Shown piece after piece: positions 20,144 through 30,005 of a stretch of DNA of 64,000 nucleotides. The translations under genes were made by a program, and so were the position numbers. The stretch spans positions 13,578 to 77,577 of the forward strand of contig JAPDJI010000025.1 in the NCBI GenBank assembly GCA_029259155.1. The letters run 5' to 3'. The stretch is from Candidatus Methanomethylicia archaeon. GTDB taxonomy: Archaea > Thermoproteota > Methanomethylicia > Nezhaarchaeales > B40-G2. Position 1 is the first letter of the stretch; every line of letters starts with the position of its first letter. The notes below the pieces were generated by a model. That model worked only from the letters and a program-made list of their open reading frames with translations, was not told the origin of the DNA and ran no database searches.

Positions 20144-20837
20144 TAAGACAAGCCATGATCATATTAGGGGCGTACAAGGAGCCTTCGATGCAGCTATACA
20201 AGGAGCTCTCAACGCTAAGAAGACTGGATTAAGCCTACAGCTCCACTTTACGTTGATGGAAAGTAACGTTAATGAGCTTCCTTCATTAATAGAATTGGCT
20301 GAACACCTTCAAGCTAGAAGGCTTTTCATCTTCGACCTTATACCGACTGGTAGAGGTGCTTTTCTTAAACCTCATGGTTTAGATCCTTTAGCTCTCTTTG
20401 ACTACCTTTTCAAAGAACAGCGTAGGTTTAAGGTATGGCTTAAACCGCAGTGCTACCCATACTTCTGGGTCTATTTACTGAGCAAAGCTGGTGACCTAGG
20501 AGTTGATGAAGAAGTTCTTAAAGGATACTTTAAGGGATGTTTAGCGGGCAGGTCCATGGTAAGGGTTTCCCCTGATGGAGAAGTTACTCCATGCCCCTTC
20601 CTTCCTGTATCGGTTGGAAACGTTAAGAAAGATAGGCTTAGCTATCTATGGAGATCTTCAAAAGTCTTTGAAGAATTGAGGAGTAGGGATAAGTTTAGAG
20701 ATGCATGTGGTGGATGCGTGCTTAAAGAAGTATGTGGTGGATGTAGGGCTAAAGCCTACGCCCTGCTCAATGATTATTTAGCTGAAGATCCTTCATGCCC
20801 TTATGCCCATGCGCCGTCATCCATGTCCAGGGCCTAG
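19743..20837 (+). CDS. Radical SAM/SPASM protein, AhbC/AhbD/NirJ-like (paralog)
   Basis: WNVTYSCNLRCMHC, SGGEPLLRPD, GCLAG...PCP...CGGCRAKA...EDPSC. Confidence 0.8.
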   Translation: MTMNLPELLHPDNVEDGCLGHSAGELVWNVTYSCNLRCMHCYLPSSSKRSELSLEEGLKLIDEVRAIFGAGSQLVLSGGEPLLRPDVYELVEYASSLGLRVALASNGTLIDLEVARKLKQAGLDELAISIDGATKTSHDHIRGVQGAFDAAIQGALNAKKTGLSLQLHFTLMESNVNELPSLIELAEHLQARRLFIFDLIPTGRGAFLKPHGLDPLALFDYLFKEQRRFKVWLKPQCYPYFWVYLLSKAGDLGVDEEVLKGYFKGCLAGRSMVRVSPDGEVTPCPFLPVSVGNVKKDRLSYLWRSSKVFEELRSRDKFRDACGGCVLKEVCGGCRAKAYALLNDYLAEDPSCPYAHAPSSMSRA

Positions 20838-21248
20838 TTTGCTGTCTAAGCCCTTAACTGTGACTATTCTTCTATCAAACGGTTTAGCTGGCTCTGCCAT
20901 CTTTAATGGACTATAGATTAACTCTTCTTTGGTATAGGCTGCTATCTCGTATTCTTGGGTGTGTTCAAGTGCAGCTCGAGGACAGTATTCGACGCAGAAG
21001 CCACAGAAGCAGCATCTACCATAGTCTAGCTGGGGGTACTTCCTTCCTTCATGTTCAACTAACGTAATCGCCCTATTAGGACATATATAGCTGCATACGC
21101 CACAACCTATGCATTTATCCATGTTAAGCTTAATCCTACCTCTATAGCGCTCAGCGGGTTGAAGTATTTCGAAAGGATACTTGACGGTGAAGGTTCTCTT
21201 AAATGCGTGGACCAAGGCCATGTATAGGGGTCTTAGATACGAAGACAT
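20817..21248 (-). CDS. nuoI: Complex I-like subunit I
   Basis: TVKYPFE, RYRG, CIGCGVCSYICP, CCFCGFCVEYCP. Confidence 0.92.
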   Translation of the reverse strand: MSSYLRPLYMALVHAFKRTFTVKYPFEILQPAERYRGRIKLNMDKCIGCGVCSYICPNRAITLVEHEGRKYPQLDYGRCCFCGFCVEYCPRAALEHTQEYEIAAYTKEELIYSPLKMAEPAKPFDRRIVTVKGLDSKLGPGHG

Positions 21249-21258
21249 ACCTCTCACC

Positions 21259-22368
21259 TCAGACAACTATCACCTTCAATACATAGACGAGGACTATAGC
21301 TATGAACACTTGGACCAGCGCTAAGGGGATCAGTTTCCTCCAACCTGCATCGAGTAGTTGATCTATTCTCAACCTAGGCCAAGTCGACCTCCCTATCATA
21401 AAGAACATCGACAGTATGCCCATCTTTATCAGGAGCCAAACCAACGGATGTAGGCCTGGTCCATGCCATCCGCCTAGGAATAAGATGCTAGTTAAGAAGG
21501 AGGCGATAGCAACATCTACGTACTCCGACATCATTATTAACCCATACTCCATCCCCGTATACTCGGTCCATGGCCCAAACACTATTTCCTGTTCAGCAAC
21601 TATTATGTCAAGGGGCCTACGGCAAATCTCAGCCATCGTGGAGATGAAGAAGACTATGAAGCCTAGGAAGCAAGGAACTATAAACCACATGTTAGCTTGG
21701 CTTTCTACTATCTTGGCCAGGTCGAAGGAGCCCGCTAAGATCACCACGCTAGCCATGGATAGCATGAGAGGCACTTCGTAGGCCAAGAGTTGGAAGGCTG
21801 CTCTCATGGCCCCCATCATGGTGTACTTGTTATTGGAAGCCCAACCAGCCATTATCATGATGAAAGGCCTAAGCGAGAAGAGCGCTAAGATGATGAGCAG
21901 GCTGTACTCTGAGTAATAGATTGTCCAGTATTCTCCTGGGCCGACGGGGAAGAATGGTATGAAGGCTAGGGTGATCATGGATAGTGACATTATCAGTACT
22001 GGGGCTAGATGGTAGAAGAATTTGTGCGACCTTTCAGGGGTGACTATCTCCTTGCCTAGAAGCTTTATACCGTCAGCCACTAGCTGAAAGAGACCGAAGA
22101 TAGGTCCCACATGGTAAGGCCCTATCCTTAAATGTATCCTAGCATGTAGCTTACGTTCTCCCCACACAGCTAGCATGGCGTAGAGCATGATGAAAGCTAG
22201 ACCAGGGAAGACGAGGAGCTTGAGAGAGAGTTCAACGGCAAACTCCATGAACTCTGAGGTTTGCATGAACTCGATTAATACATCAAAAGGAGGAGGTAGT
22301 ACCGGTAGAGGTATCGGGGGTAGGCCTGGGATGTTTGGTAAGGTTGGTAGAGATATGGGGAGGTTCAC
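21259..22368 (-). CDS. nuoH: Complex I-like subunit H
   Basis: ERKLHARIHLRIGP, ADGIKLLGKE, SNNKY...GAMR, PRLRIDQ. Confidence 0.93.
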   Translation of the reverse strand: MNLPISLPTLPNIPGLPPIPLPVLPPPFDVLIEFMQTSEFMEFAVELSLKLLVFPGLAFIMLYAMLAVWGERKLHARIHLRIGPYHVGPIFGLFQLVADGIKLLGKEIVTPERSHKFFYHLAPVLIMSLSMITLAFIPFFPVGPGEYWTIYYSEYSLLIILALFSLRPFIMIMAGWASNNKYTMMGAMRAAFQLLAYEVPLMLSMASVVILAGSFDLAKIVESQANMWFIVPCFLGFIVFFISTMAEICRRPLDIIVAEQEIVFGPWTEYTGMEYGLIMMSEYVDVAIASFLTSILFLGGWHGPGLHPLVWLLIKMGILSMFFMIGRSTWPRLRIDQLLDAGWRKLIPLALVQVFIAIVLVYVLKVIVV

Positions 22369-22382
22369 GTCACATACACCTC

Positions 22383-23459
22383 CTACCTATCTACGTCTAA
22401 GAGAAGGATGTCGAGGCTATAGTAAATTACAGGTATGTCACCCATAGGTATGTCTCTACAAAGGTATACCAACCCAGCCAAGTTCCTGAAGGAAGGTGCG
22501 CTTATCTTTAGCCTGTAGGGCTTATTGGTACCTGAGCCCACGATATATACTCCCAGCTCTCCTCTACCGCTTTCAATTCTGGTATAGGTTTCTCCTCGAG
22601 GTAGCATGGGCGGTGTCTTGCATCGAATAGGGCCTTCAGGCAAATCTTTGAGGGCCTGCTTGATTATCTTTATGCTCTGGGCGATCTCATAGAACCTCAC
22701 TAAGGCCCTAGCATACGAATCTCCTTCTTTTTCCACTACCACTTCGAAGTCAAGTTTATCGTAAGCCTCATAAGGGTCATCTCTCCTCACATCGAAGTCT
22801 ACGCCTGAGGCTCTAAGGTTTGGCCCTGTAATCCCTAGCTCTATGGCATCTTGCTTGCTCAATACGCCTACTCCCATTGTCCTATCTTGAAAAGTCTTAT
22901 TCTGGAATAACATCTTGTAGTAGTCCCATATACGTCTCTCCAAGTAGTTCAATACATCATAGGCCTTTTCCTTAAATCCTTTGGGTATGTCTGCCCTCAC
23001 TCCTCCAGGAATTATGTAGGTGTGAGTCACTCTAGCTCCTGACAGCCTCTCTAAGAGATCTAAGATGAGTTCACGGTCGTTTGCGGACCACACGGTCATG
23101 GTTTCAAAGCCGCCGGTCATCGACAGCAAGGCCTGAGCGTAAAGGTGGCTCATGATTCTACTCAGTTCAGCTGCTATTACCCTGAGGTATTTCGCCCTCT
23201 CAGGAACTTCTATCCCCATTAAGGCTTCTACAGCTCTCACGTAACCTAACGCAAAATTGGAGGCATCAAAGTCGCAAGCCCTCTCTATTACTGGGACGTA
23301 CTGAATGAAGTTCCTGTACTCTGCTATCTTTTCAAGCCCTCTATGAGTATATCCCACGTCGGCTTCAGTGTTAAGTACTATATCACCATCCACGTCTAGG
23401 TAAAGTGTGAGGTGACCGCTCATTGGGTGCTGTATTCCCCAAGCTACCCTAATCGGCAA
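22383..23459 (-). CDS. nuoD: Complex I-like subunit D
   Basis: QHP, GYTHRGLEK, GPNLRASG, ESGRGELG, C-terminal DVDR; no NiFe CxxC pairs. Confidence 0.92.
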   Translation of the reverse strand: MPIRVAWGIQHPMSGHLTLYLDVDGDIVLNTEADVGYTHRGLEKIAEYRNFIQYVPVIERACDFDASNFALGYVRAVEALMGIEVPERAKYLRVIAAELSRIMSHLYAQALLSMTGGFETMTVWSANDRELILDLLERLSGARVTHTYIIPGGVRADIPKGFKEKAYDVLNYLERRIWDYYKMLFQNKTFQDRTMGVGVLSKQDAIELGITGPNLRASGVDFDVRRDDPYEAYDKLDFEVVVEKEGDSYARALVRFYEIAQSIKIIKQALKDLPEGPIRCKTPPMLPRGETYTRIESGRGELGVYIVGSGTNKPYRLKISAPSFRNLAGLVYLCRDIPMGDIPVIYYSLDILLLDVDR

Positions 23460-23471
23460 CTTTGACTCCTC

Positions 23472-23930
23472 CTAGGACTCAGGTTTAAGCTTGAATTCTT
23501 TCCTTAGAGGATAAACTCCCTCCTCCCAGTCCTCTTGGAGGAGGAAGCGTTTGAGTTCAGGATGTCCTTCAAACTTTACCCCTAGCATCTCCCACGTCTC
23601 ACGTTCATGGAAGTGGACGCCTCTCCAGATTTCTCTAAGCGAAGGCATGGAGGGCTGGCCTCTAGGTAGAGCAGTCTTCAAAGCAACAAGGCTTTTTGAA
23701 TCGAGGCAACTAACATGATATACTACTTCTACTTCTCCTCGATCTGGATAATCTACTCCACTTACAGAAAGTGGATGATTAAAGCCGTTTTCTTTTAGAA
23801 GGGTGGCAGCCTTAACCATGCCCTCAGGCTTAACTTTTATTGAAGCATATCGAGGTCGATCTATTTTTGACTCTACTAATACGTCAGATAGTTTAGTCTT
23901 GATTTCTTCGAGTAACCGCTCTACATCCAC
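23472..23930 (-). CDS. nuoC: Complex I-like subunit C
   Basis: SGVDYP, ERETWEMLGVKFEGHP, YPLRKEF. Confidence 0.92.
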   Translation of the reverse strand: MDVERLLEEIKTKLSDVLVESKIDRPRYASIKVKPEGMVKAATLLKENGFNHPLSVSGVDYPDRGEVEVVYHVSCLDSKSLVALKTALPRGQPSMPSLREIWRGVHFHERETWEMLGVKFEGHPELKRFLLQEDWEEGVYPLRKEFKLKPES

Positions 23931-23931
23931 T

Positions 23932-24411
23932 TTACTTTCCCTCCATGATCTTCTTCTGGAGCAACCTGAACCCCTGTAGTATCTGTTCAGGTCTAGGTGG
24001 ACAGCCTGGAACGTATACGTCTACTGGAACTACCTTGTCGACACCTTGAACTACACTGTAGCTATCCCACCAGAACCCTCCTGTGATGGCACAGTCGCCT
24101 AGAGCTATGACGTACTTAGGATCAGGCATCTGGTCATATATCATTCTTAGCCTCTTGGCCATTTTCTTGGTCACGACTCCCTCTATGATTATTAAGTCGC
24201 ACTCCCTCAATGTAGGGAAGGGGATAGCCCCTAGTCTTTCATGGTCAAACCTCGCTGCTACGAGCGACATTATCTCAGGGCAGCAACAGCCTGTCTCATA
24301 GTGGACCCACCATAAGCTCCAAGCTCTCCCCCAATTAAGCATGTCCTTGATGGGCTTCCAACAGCTAATCTTGGTTCTAATCCGTTCTATGGGTTTGAGA
24401 GACAACGCCAC
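23932..24411 (-). CDS. nuoB: Complex I-like subunit B
   Basis: GCCCPE, QMPDPKYVIALGDCAITGG, PVDVYVPGCPPRPE. Confidence 0.93.
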   Translation of the reverse strand: MALSLKPIERIRTKISCWKPIKDMLNWGRAWSLWWVHYETGCCCPEIMSLVAARFDHERLGAIPFPTLRECDLIIIEGVVTKKMAKRLRMIYDQMPDPKYVIALGDCAITGGFWWDSYSVVQGVDKVVPVDVYVPGCPPRPEQILQGFRLLQKKIMEGK

Positions 24412-24787
24412 CCCTCCTACGCTTAACTACAGGTTGAAGGGTCATGATCGCCCCCATCAAAGCGAAGGCGAATGCTCCCAATATGAGTATTACTATCCAT
24501 AGTTGATCAACAGGCATTGCGCTAATAGAGGGGGCAGCTAATAGGAGGATTATGGCTAAGGCCCCATATATGGCATAGATCACAGCATAAGGGTAGTACT
24601 GTATGGTGAACCGTGCCTTCGTAGGCTCGGTTGGTATCTGACCACATTCATAAGTCATGGTCTTACGAGGGTTAGGTCTTGAAGGAGAGACTATCTTAGC
24701 CAGGAGGAGGGAGGACAGGCAGAATACGAATGCAATGATGACGTATATAGCGAGGCCTACTCCTTCTAGCACCGCCTCGCTAACCAT
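24377..24787 (-). CDS. nuoA: Complex I-like subunit A
   Basis: KTMTYECG, FTIQYY, 3 TM segments. Confidence 0.88.
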   Translation of the reverse strand: MVSEAVLEGVGLAIYVIIAFVFCLSSLLLAKIVSPSRPNPRKTMTYECGQIPTEPTKARFTIQYYPYAVIYAIYGALAIILLLAAPSISAMPVDQLWIVILILGAFAFALMGAIMTLQPVVKRRRGGVVSQTHRTD

Positions 24788-24962
24788 TTCAGGCCCCTCC
24801 ACCGTTAAGGCCTACTCTTTATAAAGCTTTTTCTAACTGATGTGCTTTTTTCATCGTCAAACCATCGAGTTGGCCCATGCCCGATCAAGGACTTCCATGG
24901 ATATTAGCTAACCGCAAAATATCTAAGCCCCTACCGCTTCACGTCATAGCCGGGGGTAAACC

Positions 24963-25268
24963 ATGCGACCAAGCTTGGTTAACCGCGCACTCGTACTTTT
25001 TAGCTTAATGGTTTTAGTAGGTGTCTTTAGGACCTACCTGCCGGCCTTCGCCACTCCTTTGCTGGGGTTAGCTGGTGCACTGGGTCTTTTCGGGGCTATA
25101 CTTATGTGGCTGGGTTTAACCCTAAGAACTAAGGAAGAGCTGGAGCGCCTCCCTGAGGAAGCTCAACAGATGGAAACATCAACCGGCCTCTTCGAGATAC
25201 TGCTGATAATTGTAATCATCGCGGCGGCCTTAGCTATCGGCGGCGTCCTCTTACTAGCTCTGCTTTAA
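24963..25268 (+). CDS. Small membrane protein of unknown function between the nuo half-clusters
   Basis: 101 aa, three hydrophobic segments, GGGGGT SD. Confidence 0.65.
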   Translation: MRPSLVNRALVLFSLMVLVGVFRTYLPAFATPLLGLAGALGLFGAILMWLGLTLRTKEELERLPEEAQQMETSTGLFEILLIIVIIAAALAIGGVLLLALL

Positions 25269-25453
25269 TCTCCATGCCCTGAAGCTAACCGCGTGAATCA
25301 TGTCGACTTTCATGTTTTCTTCTTCACGATTGCTTTACGGAACGTAGCCTCAGACTTGCAGAGGCGAAGGCTTTATATTAGGGTTAAAAACGGTAGGGGG
25401 GCTGGGACGTAGAGCATCACTCATGGAGGCCCGCGCCTGCGGGAGGTTCCGGG

Positions 25454-25690
25454 ATGATCGAATACCTCGAAATTGCGTTGCTGGCACTCACAATAGTGTC
25501 CGCTATAGTCGCTGTGGAACATCCCAAACTCATCAGAGCTGTTGCCTCCTTTCTTATCATGAGCATACTCCTCGCTGTTATATTCCTCGTCCTTAACGCG
25601 TACTTGGCTGCTTTCTTCCAACTCCTCATCTACGCGGGGGCTGTTGTGGTGATATTCCTAGTAGCTCTACACACGGTTAAGAGGTGGTAG
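25454..25690 (+). CDS. nuoJ: Complex I-like subunit J, N-terminal half
   Basis: LNAYLAAFFQLLIYAGAVVVIFL. Confidence 0.88.
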   Translation: MIEYLEIALLALTIVSAIVAVEHPKLIRAVASFLIMSILLAVIFLVLNAYLAAFFQLLIYAGAVVVIFLVALHTVKRW

Positions 25691-25998
25691 TTGTGGGAGC
25701 TTGGGGGAAGGCTGTAGGGATCATAGTTTCCATAGTTTTCGCTCTTATTGCTCTTTATCTTGGCTCCCTCCTAGCTTTTGGATTTACTCCATATTTACCG
25801 TCAACACCTTCGCAAGCTCCTCCTCAACAATGGTTTGCAACCTTTAGAGCTTTAGACGTGGCTTTCCTCTCCTTGGCTGTATTTGCGGCTACTGTTGGGG
25901 TTGCTGCGCTTTTCAGGTACGAAGGAGAGAGGCCTGGACCTGAAGAAGAGACCTTAGTGGAAAAGGAGGTCGAAGAGGAAGCGGAGGAGGAGGTGTAA
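25684..25998 (+). CDS. Complex I-like subunit J, C-terminal half
   Basis: Two TM segments, lies between nuoJ-N and nuoK; acidic tail. Confidence 0.65.
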   Translation: MVVVGAWGKAVGIIVSIVFALIALYLGSLLAFGFTPYLPSTPSQAPPQQWFATFRALDVAFLSLAVFAATVGVAALFRYEGERPGPEEETLVEKEVEEEAEEEV

Positions 25999-26001
25999 GG
26001 C

Positions 26002-26319
26002 TTGGCACTACACCCTGGATGGTACATAACCACGAGCATCATACTCTTCGCTATAGGCGTCTATTGCCTTGCTGTTAAGAGGAACATGATAAAGATAGTG
26101 ATAGGACTTGAGATCATCACCTCAGCAATGCACCTTAACTTCATAGCCATGGGCTACGCGTTATCCCTGGTAGCCTTCAATCCCCTTACACAGGTCATAG
26201 TAGTGATATCTACGGGCCTAGGAGCGTGTGTGGCCACGGTCGCGCTCATGTATGTGATTAATGCTTATCGACATTATGGGAGCTTAGACGCTAGGAGGTT
26301 GAGGAGGTTAAGGTGGTAG
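26002..26319 (+). CDS. nuoK: Complex I-like subunit K
   Basis: KRNMIKIVIGLEII; 3 TM segments; C-terminal LRRLRW. Confidence 0.9.
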   Translation: MALHPGWYITTSIILFAIGVYCLAVKRNMIKIVIGLEIITSAMHLNFIAMGYALSLVAFNPLTQVIVVISTGLGACVATVALMYVINAYRHYGSLDARRLRRLRW

Positions 26320-26321
26320 GA

Positions 26322-27878
26322 ATGTCCTTGTCAGTCCCCTTAATCCTTCAACCCCTCATCATCCTATTCCTAGGGGCAGTTCTCGTCCCCCTTGTAGACG
26401 TGGTAGGGAAAAGGGTGAACGCTGAAAAGCTGAAGGACTTCTTTGCCGTAGCTATCTTCGCCCTTGCCTTATACAAGCTATATACCCTTTACCTCGAGGT
26501 GGCAGCAGAGGGTTACGTTGAGTTTACCATCCCAGGATTCGGCCCTCCCTTTGGCTCAGCCCTTAGGGTCGACGCCCTCAGCTCCTTTATGTCGATGCTC
26601 TTTTGCGGAGTAGGGCTACTTGTAGCCATATACTCCATAAGGTACATGGAAGAGGATACAGGCTTAGACAAGTACTACGCTCTCCTGTTGGCCATGGTTG
26701 CAGGCATGGTCGGGGTTGCGTTTGCATGGGACTTCCTAACACTTTTCGTTTTCTGGGAGACCATGGCAGTGTCAGGTTACGTCCTAGTAGGTTTCAGGAA
26801 ATATAGGTGGGAGCCGGTAGAGGCTGGCTTCAAATACTTAATCATGAGCACCTTCGGCTCCATACTCATGTTCTACGGGGTCTCCTTCCTCTACGGGATG
26901 ACCGGCACCTTAAACTTCACATACATGGCTGAAACTCTCCTCAGTCAAAACAACCCATACCTGTACCTAGTAATATGTATGATAGTGGCCGGCTTCGGTG
27001 TAACCGCTGCTATGGTGCCCTTCCACACATGGCTACCCGACGCCCACCCAGCCGCTCCCAGCGGGATAAGCGCGATGTTATCAGGCGTTGTAATTAAGGC
27101 GGGAGTATACGGCATGTATAGGTCTGTGTTTACCTTTTTCAACCCTGCTTTCTACAATTACGGAGCTGTACTCATGATCTTCGGCGTGCTCACACTCACC
27201 GTGGCTAACCTCATGGCTCTGCTCCAAAGAGATATCAAGAGGCTTTTCGCGTACTCTAGCATAGTCAACATAGGGTACATAATTACCGCTGCTGGCATTG
27301 CCGCCTACGCTCTAACTACCTACTACGCTAGCTCCCCCATACTGGCCACGAGCGTGGCTGTTTTCGCTTTAGCAGGCGGTCTCTTCCATGTATTTAACCA
27401 CGCCATAGGTAAAGGGCTTCTCTTCCTTTGCTCTGGCTGCTTCCTTCATGAGGCTAAAACCAGGGACCTAACCATCCTAGAGGGTATAGGTAAACGTATG
27501 CCTTGGACTGGTGTTTCCCTGTCCATAGGGCTACTAGCTCTAGCGGGTGTACCGCCCCTAAACGGGTTCTGGAGTAAGCTCTTCATAATCCTAGCTGGTC
27601 TTAGCATACCTCAAGACGGTTATATGGTAATTATAACGGCCATCCTCATTTTAAACGCTATATTCTCAGCTGCATATTATCTATGGGTCATGCAACGTAT
27701 CATGCTCAAGTCACCCACGGAAAGGGTGGCCAAGGTGCATGAAGCCCCCTTCTCCATGGTTCTACCCATAGCTCTCTTGGCATCAATCTGCGTGGTCGTG
27801 GGAGCTTTTCCTGGCCCCGTTCTCGGCTTAGCTGATACTGCGGCTAAAAGTCTATTAAGCTTCATCATTGGGGGGTGA
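26322..27878 (+). CDS. Proton-translocating antiporter-like subunit (MrpD-like, presumed NuoN counterpart)
   Basis: FVFWE, EAGFKYL, FHTWLPDAHPAAPSGISAMLSG, DIKRLFAYSS. Confidence 0.85.
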   Translation: MSLSVPLILQPLIILFLGAVLVPLVDVVGKRVNAEKLKDFFAVAIFALALYKLYTLYLEVAAEGYVEFTIPGFGPPFGSALRVDALSSFMSMLFCGVGLLVAIYSIRYMEEDTGLDKYYALLLAMVAGMVGVAFAWDFLTLFVFWETMAVSGYVLVGFRKYRWEPVEAGFKYLIMSTFGSILMFYGVSFLYGMTGTLNFTYMAETLLSQNNPYLYLVICMIVAGFGVTAAMVPFHTWLPDAHPAAPSGISAMLSGVVIKAGVYGMYRSVFTFFNPAFYNYGAVLMIFGVLTLTVANLMALLQRDIKRLFAYSSIVNIGYIITAAGIAAYALTTYYASSPILATSVAVFALAGGLFHVFNHAIGKGLLFLCSGCFLHEAKTRDLTILEGIGKRMPWTGVSLSIGLLALAGVPPLNGFWSKLFIILAGLSIPQDGYMVIITAILILNAIFSAAYYLWVMQRIMLKSPTERVAKVHEAPFSMVLPIALLASICVVVGAFPGPVLGLADTAAKSLLSFIIGG

Positions 27879-27884
27879 ACTTGA

Positions 27885-29999
27885 ATGAGCGAGTTTATAG
27901 AAGCCTTCGTACCTCAAGCATGGCTTTGTTGGATGCTCCCTATGGCTGGAGCCTTACTGACCCCTATCTTCGCTAAGATTAACCCTAAGCTAAGAGACTA
28001 CGGTGCTGTCTTCTTCTCTCTGATGGCTGCATTAATGACGGTCTCCATGATACCTCTCATCTTCGACCCTCACGTATACTACTATCAAGTAGAATGGATT
28101 AGGCTGCCCGGGTCGCCCATACTCAGCGAGCTCAAAGCAGGGGTAATAGTGGATCCGTTGAGTATAATAGTGGCTAACGTCGTGGCGGTCATAAGCTTCC
28201 TCATAATGGTGTACTCGCTTGGCTACATGCACGGCGACCCTTCATTAACACGGTACTGGTTCTTCATGAACTTCTTCATAGGCAACATGCTCCTCTTGGT
28301 CATGTCTGACAACATACTGCAGATGCTCTTCGGCTGGGAAGGCGTAGGTTTGTGCAGCTACGCGCTCATAGGCTTCCGCTACCAGGACTCTAAGGAAGAC
28401 TGGTTTACCTTCTGGGTAGGCGAACCCCCTGAAGTTTATCCTCCCTCACACTGCGGTATGAAGGCTTTCATAACCACTAGGGTAGGCGACGTGGCCATGT
28501 TTATAGGCGCCTTCATCATTTTAGCCTTGACAGGTACCTTAAGCTTCAAGGAACTCATGGAGTTTGTGCAAAGCACTCAGTTCCACCACGAAGTAATAGC
28601 TCACCCCGAGCTACTAAGATACTTGGTAGTAGCTGCTGTCTTTCTCTTCGGCGGCCCTATAGGGAAGTCAGCTCAGCTCCCACTGATGGAGTGGCTTCCA
28701 GACGCTATGGCTGGTCCTACGACAGTTAGCGCCTTAATACACGCAGCGACTATGGTTAAGGCAGGAGTATACCTTGTAGGCAGAATCTTCCCCATCTTCT
28801 ATGCTGCTGCCTGGATAGGAGGTCAAGCTAACGACTTAGTCACCTTCTTCTACCTGGTGGGCTGGGTAGGTGTGCTCACTGCCTTTATAGCTGGGACGCA
28901 GGCAATGGCTTCAAGCGAAATTAAGAAGGTGTGGGCATACTCCACGGTTAGCCAGATAGGCTACATGATGATGGGACTAGGCGTGGCAGGGGCAGCAGCC
29001 GAGTTCGCTATTGGTTATACTGGAGGGATCTTTCACCTAATGAGCCACGCCATGTTCAAGGCAGCGCTCTTCTTGACCGCAGGCTCTGTAATACATGCTA
29101 CAGAGTCGAGGTTCTTCAGGGACTACGGCGGCTTAAAGAAGCATATGCCCATAACCTTCTGGTGTATGGCTTTAGCTGCCTTCTCGCTTATGGGTGTACC
29201 CATATTCTTCAGCGGCTTCTGGAGCAAAGACCTCGTACTCGAAGCGTCCTTGATGGCTACTACCTCCACCTGGCCCCTATTCGTCCTAGGAGTCCTGGCT
29301 GTTTCGATAACTTGCTTCTACACTGTAAGAGCATTAGGCTTAACTTTCTTTGGACATGAAAGCAAGCACATCCACGAGCTGGAACGCGAAGGCAAACATG
29401 TGCATGAAGCACCTAAGGTGATGTGGGTTCCTTACGCTGCCTTAGCTGTTGCAACCGTAATCTTTGGTATAGGCGGTTACTTTGTGAGTGGATGGCTTGA
29501 ACAGGTCTTCCACCACCAGCTGGAGGCATGGGGATTAGGAGGTCACCTATTACACTCAGCTGAACACGCTGTCGAAACGGCTCCAGCTATGTCACATGAA
29601 ATGGCGGTAATAGTGACTGCGGCGACGTCCATATCCATGCTACTCATAGGTGCGCTACCAGCTTACCACATCTACATTAAACGCAAGGTTGATCCTGAGA
29701 AACTACTCGAGCCTAGACCAGCCCTCAAAGCGCTTTGGCACTTCCTCTTCCGAAGATGGTATGTGAATACCTTCTACTACAAAGCCTTCGTTTACTCTGT
29801 AATAAGGGCAAGCGGATGGCTGTTTAGGAACATTGAGACTGCCGTAATAGACAGGTTCAACTACGCTTTAGCCGACTTATCACAAGCGATCGCTTCGAGG
29901 TTCAGGAAGACTCATACAGGCATATTGAACTATAACGTGATAGGCATCGTCCTAGGTTTCATACTTTTTATCGTGTTGGTAGTGTTCGTCTTCGGGTGA
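27885..29999 (+). CDS. nuoL: Complex I-like subunit L
   Basis: GWEGVGLCSY, GKSAQLPL.EWLPDAMAGPTTVSALIHAATMV, long C-terminal extension. Confidence 0.93.
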   Translation: MSEFIEAFVPQAWLCWMLPMAGALLTPIFAKINPKLRDYGAVFFSLMAALMTVSMIPLIFDPHVYYYQVEWIRLPGSPILSELKAGVIVDPLSIIVANVVAVISFLIMVYSLGYMHGDPSLTRYWFFMNFFIGNMLLLVMSDNILQMLFGWEGVGLCSYALIGFRYQDSKEDWFTFWVGEPPEVYPPSHCGMKAFITTRVGDVAMFIGAFIILALTGTLSFKELMEFVQSTQFHHEVIAHPELLRYLVVAAVFLFGGPIGKSAQLPLMEWLPDAMAGPTTVSALIHAATMVKAGVYLVGRIFPIFYAAAWIGGQANDLVTFFYLVGWVGVLTAFIAGTQAMASSEIKKVWAYSTVSQIGYMMMGLGVAGAAAEFAIGYTGGIFHLMSHAMFKAALFLTAGSVIHATESRFFRDYGGLKKHMPITFWCMALAAFSLMGVPIFFSGFWSKDLVLEASLMATTSTWPLFVLGVLAVSITCFYTVRALGLTFFGHESKHIHELEREGKHVHEAPKVMWVPYAALAVATVIFGIGGYFVSGWLEQVFHHQLEAWGLGGHLLHSAEHAVETAPAMSHEMAVIVTAATSISMLLIGALPAYHIYIKRKVDPEKLLEPRPALKALWHFLFRRWYVNTFYYKAFVYSVIRASGWLFRNIETAVIDRFNYALADLSQAIASRFRKTHTGILNYNVIGIVLGFILFIVLVVFVFG

Positions 30000-30005
30000 T
30001 GTAAG

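Noticed and set aside
22383-23459. Group 4 [NiFe] hydrogenase large subunit
   Set aside because: Both CxxC Ni-binding motifs are absent and the C-terminus is NuoD-type (DVDR).
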